From: Camelus dromedarius
Taxonomy: Eukaryota
Direction: 5' to 3'
Assembly: GCF_036321535.1 (NCBI RefSeq)
Contig: NC_087437.1
Span: forward strand, 73,968,001-74,032,000
Length of the DNA: 64,000 bases
Position 1 is the first letter of the stretch; each line of letters opens with the position of its first letter. The notes under the pieces were generated by a model. The model was not told the DNA's origin. It did no database searches and saw only the letters and a program-made list of their open reading frames with translations. Both the position numbers and the translations under genes were made by a program. Positions 63,798 through 64,000 of the stretch are shown in pieces.

Positions 63798-64000
63798 AAA
63801 AAAAGAATGAAATACTGCCATTTGTAGCAATGTGGATGGACCTAAAGAATATTATGCTTAGTGAAATAAGTCAGAGAAAGACAAATACCATATTAGATTA
63901 CTTATGTATGTAATCAAAAAAGTAATACAAATGAATGTATATGCAAATAAGAAACAGACCCACAGACATAGAAAACAAACTTGTGGTGACCAAAGGAGAG
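63798..64000 (+). mobile_element. L1 ORF2 end/3'UTR (runs off window)
   Basis: aaaaagaatgaaatactgccatttgtagcaatgtggatggacct...gtgaaataagtcagagaaagacaaatacc...acagacatagaaaacaaac. Confidence 0.92.

Noticed and set aside
1..64000. CRISPR arrays, operons or other prokaryote-type systems
   Set aside because: The sequence is mammalian repeat-rich DNA; no regularly spaced repeat-spacer array or dense coding structure is present

Overview
Mammalian nuclear DNA, intronic or intergenic, most likely from a camelid (Camelus/Vicugna). A tRNA-Ala-like SINE resembling camelid vic-1 lies at ~57.0-57.15 kb, and I saw no Alu, B1, Bov-tA or PRE-1 SINEs. No intact protein-coding gene can be supported: the ORF track mostly reflects chance ORFs or repeat sequence. 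The window is a mosaic of decayed transposons: L1 of several ages, L2, MIR, MaLR/ERVL/ERV1 solo LTRs, and hAT MITEs (MER5A, MER20, MER33, MER45, MER53, MER58A). It also has microsatellites and repeat-poor stretches with regulatory features, including a strong CTCF motif at 13.77 kb and CpG/motif-dense patches at 17.0, 24.6 and 46.9 kb. The best-supported curiosities are a twin-primed inverted L1 with a TSD inside an MLT1 LTR, an internally deleted L1 carrying a tailed old-L1 fragment, an unexplained ~78%-identical 69-bp repeat pair that starts at AG acceptor-like sites (possible decayed duplicated gene), and several well-formed splice-site pairs that may belong to a non-coding transcript. Repeat family names come from my recollection of consensus sequences, not from a RepeatMasker run, and boundaries are approximate. 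I found no convincing novel biological system.
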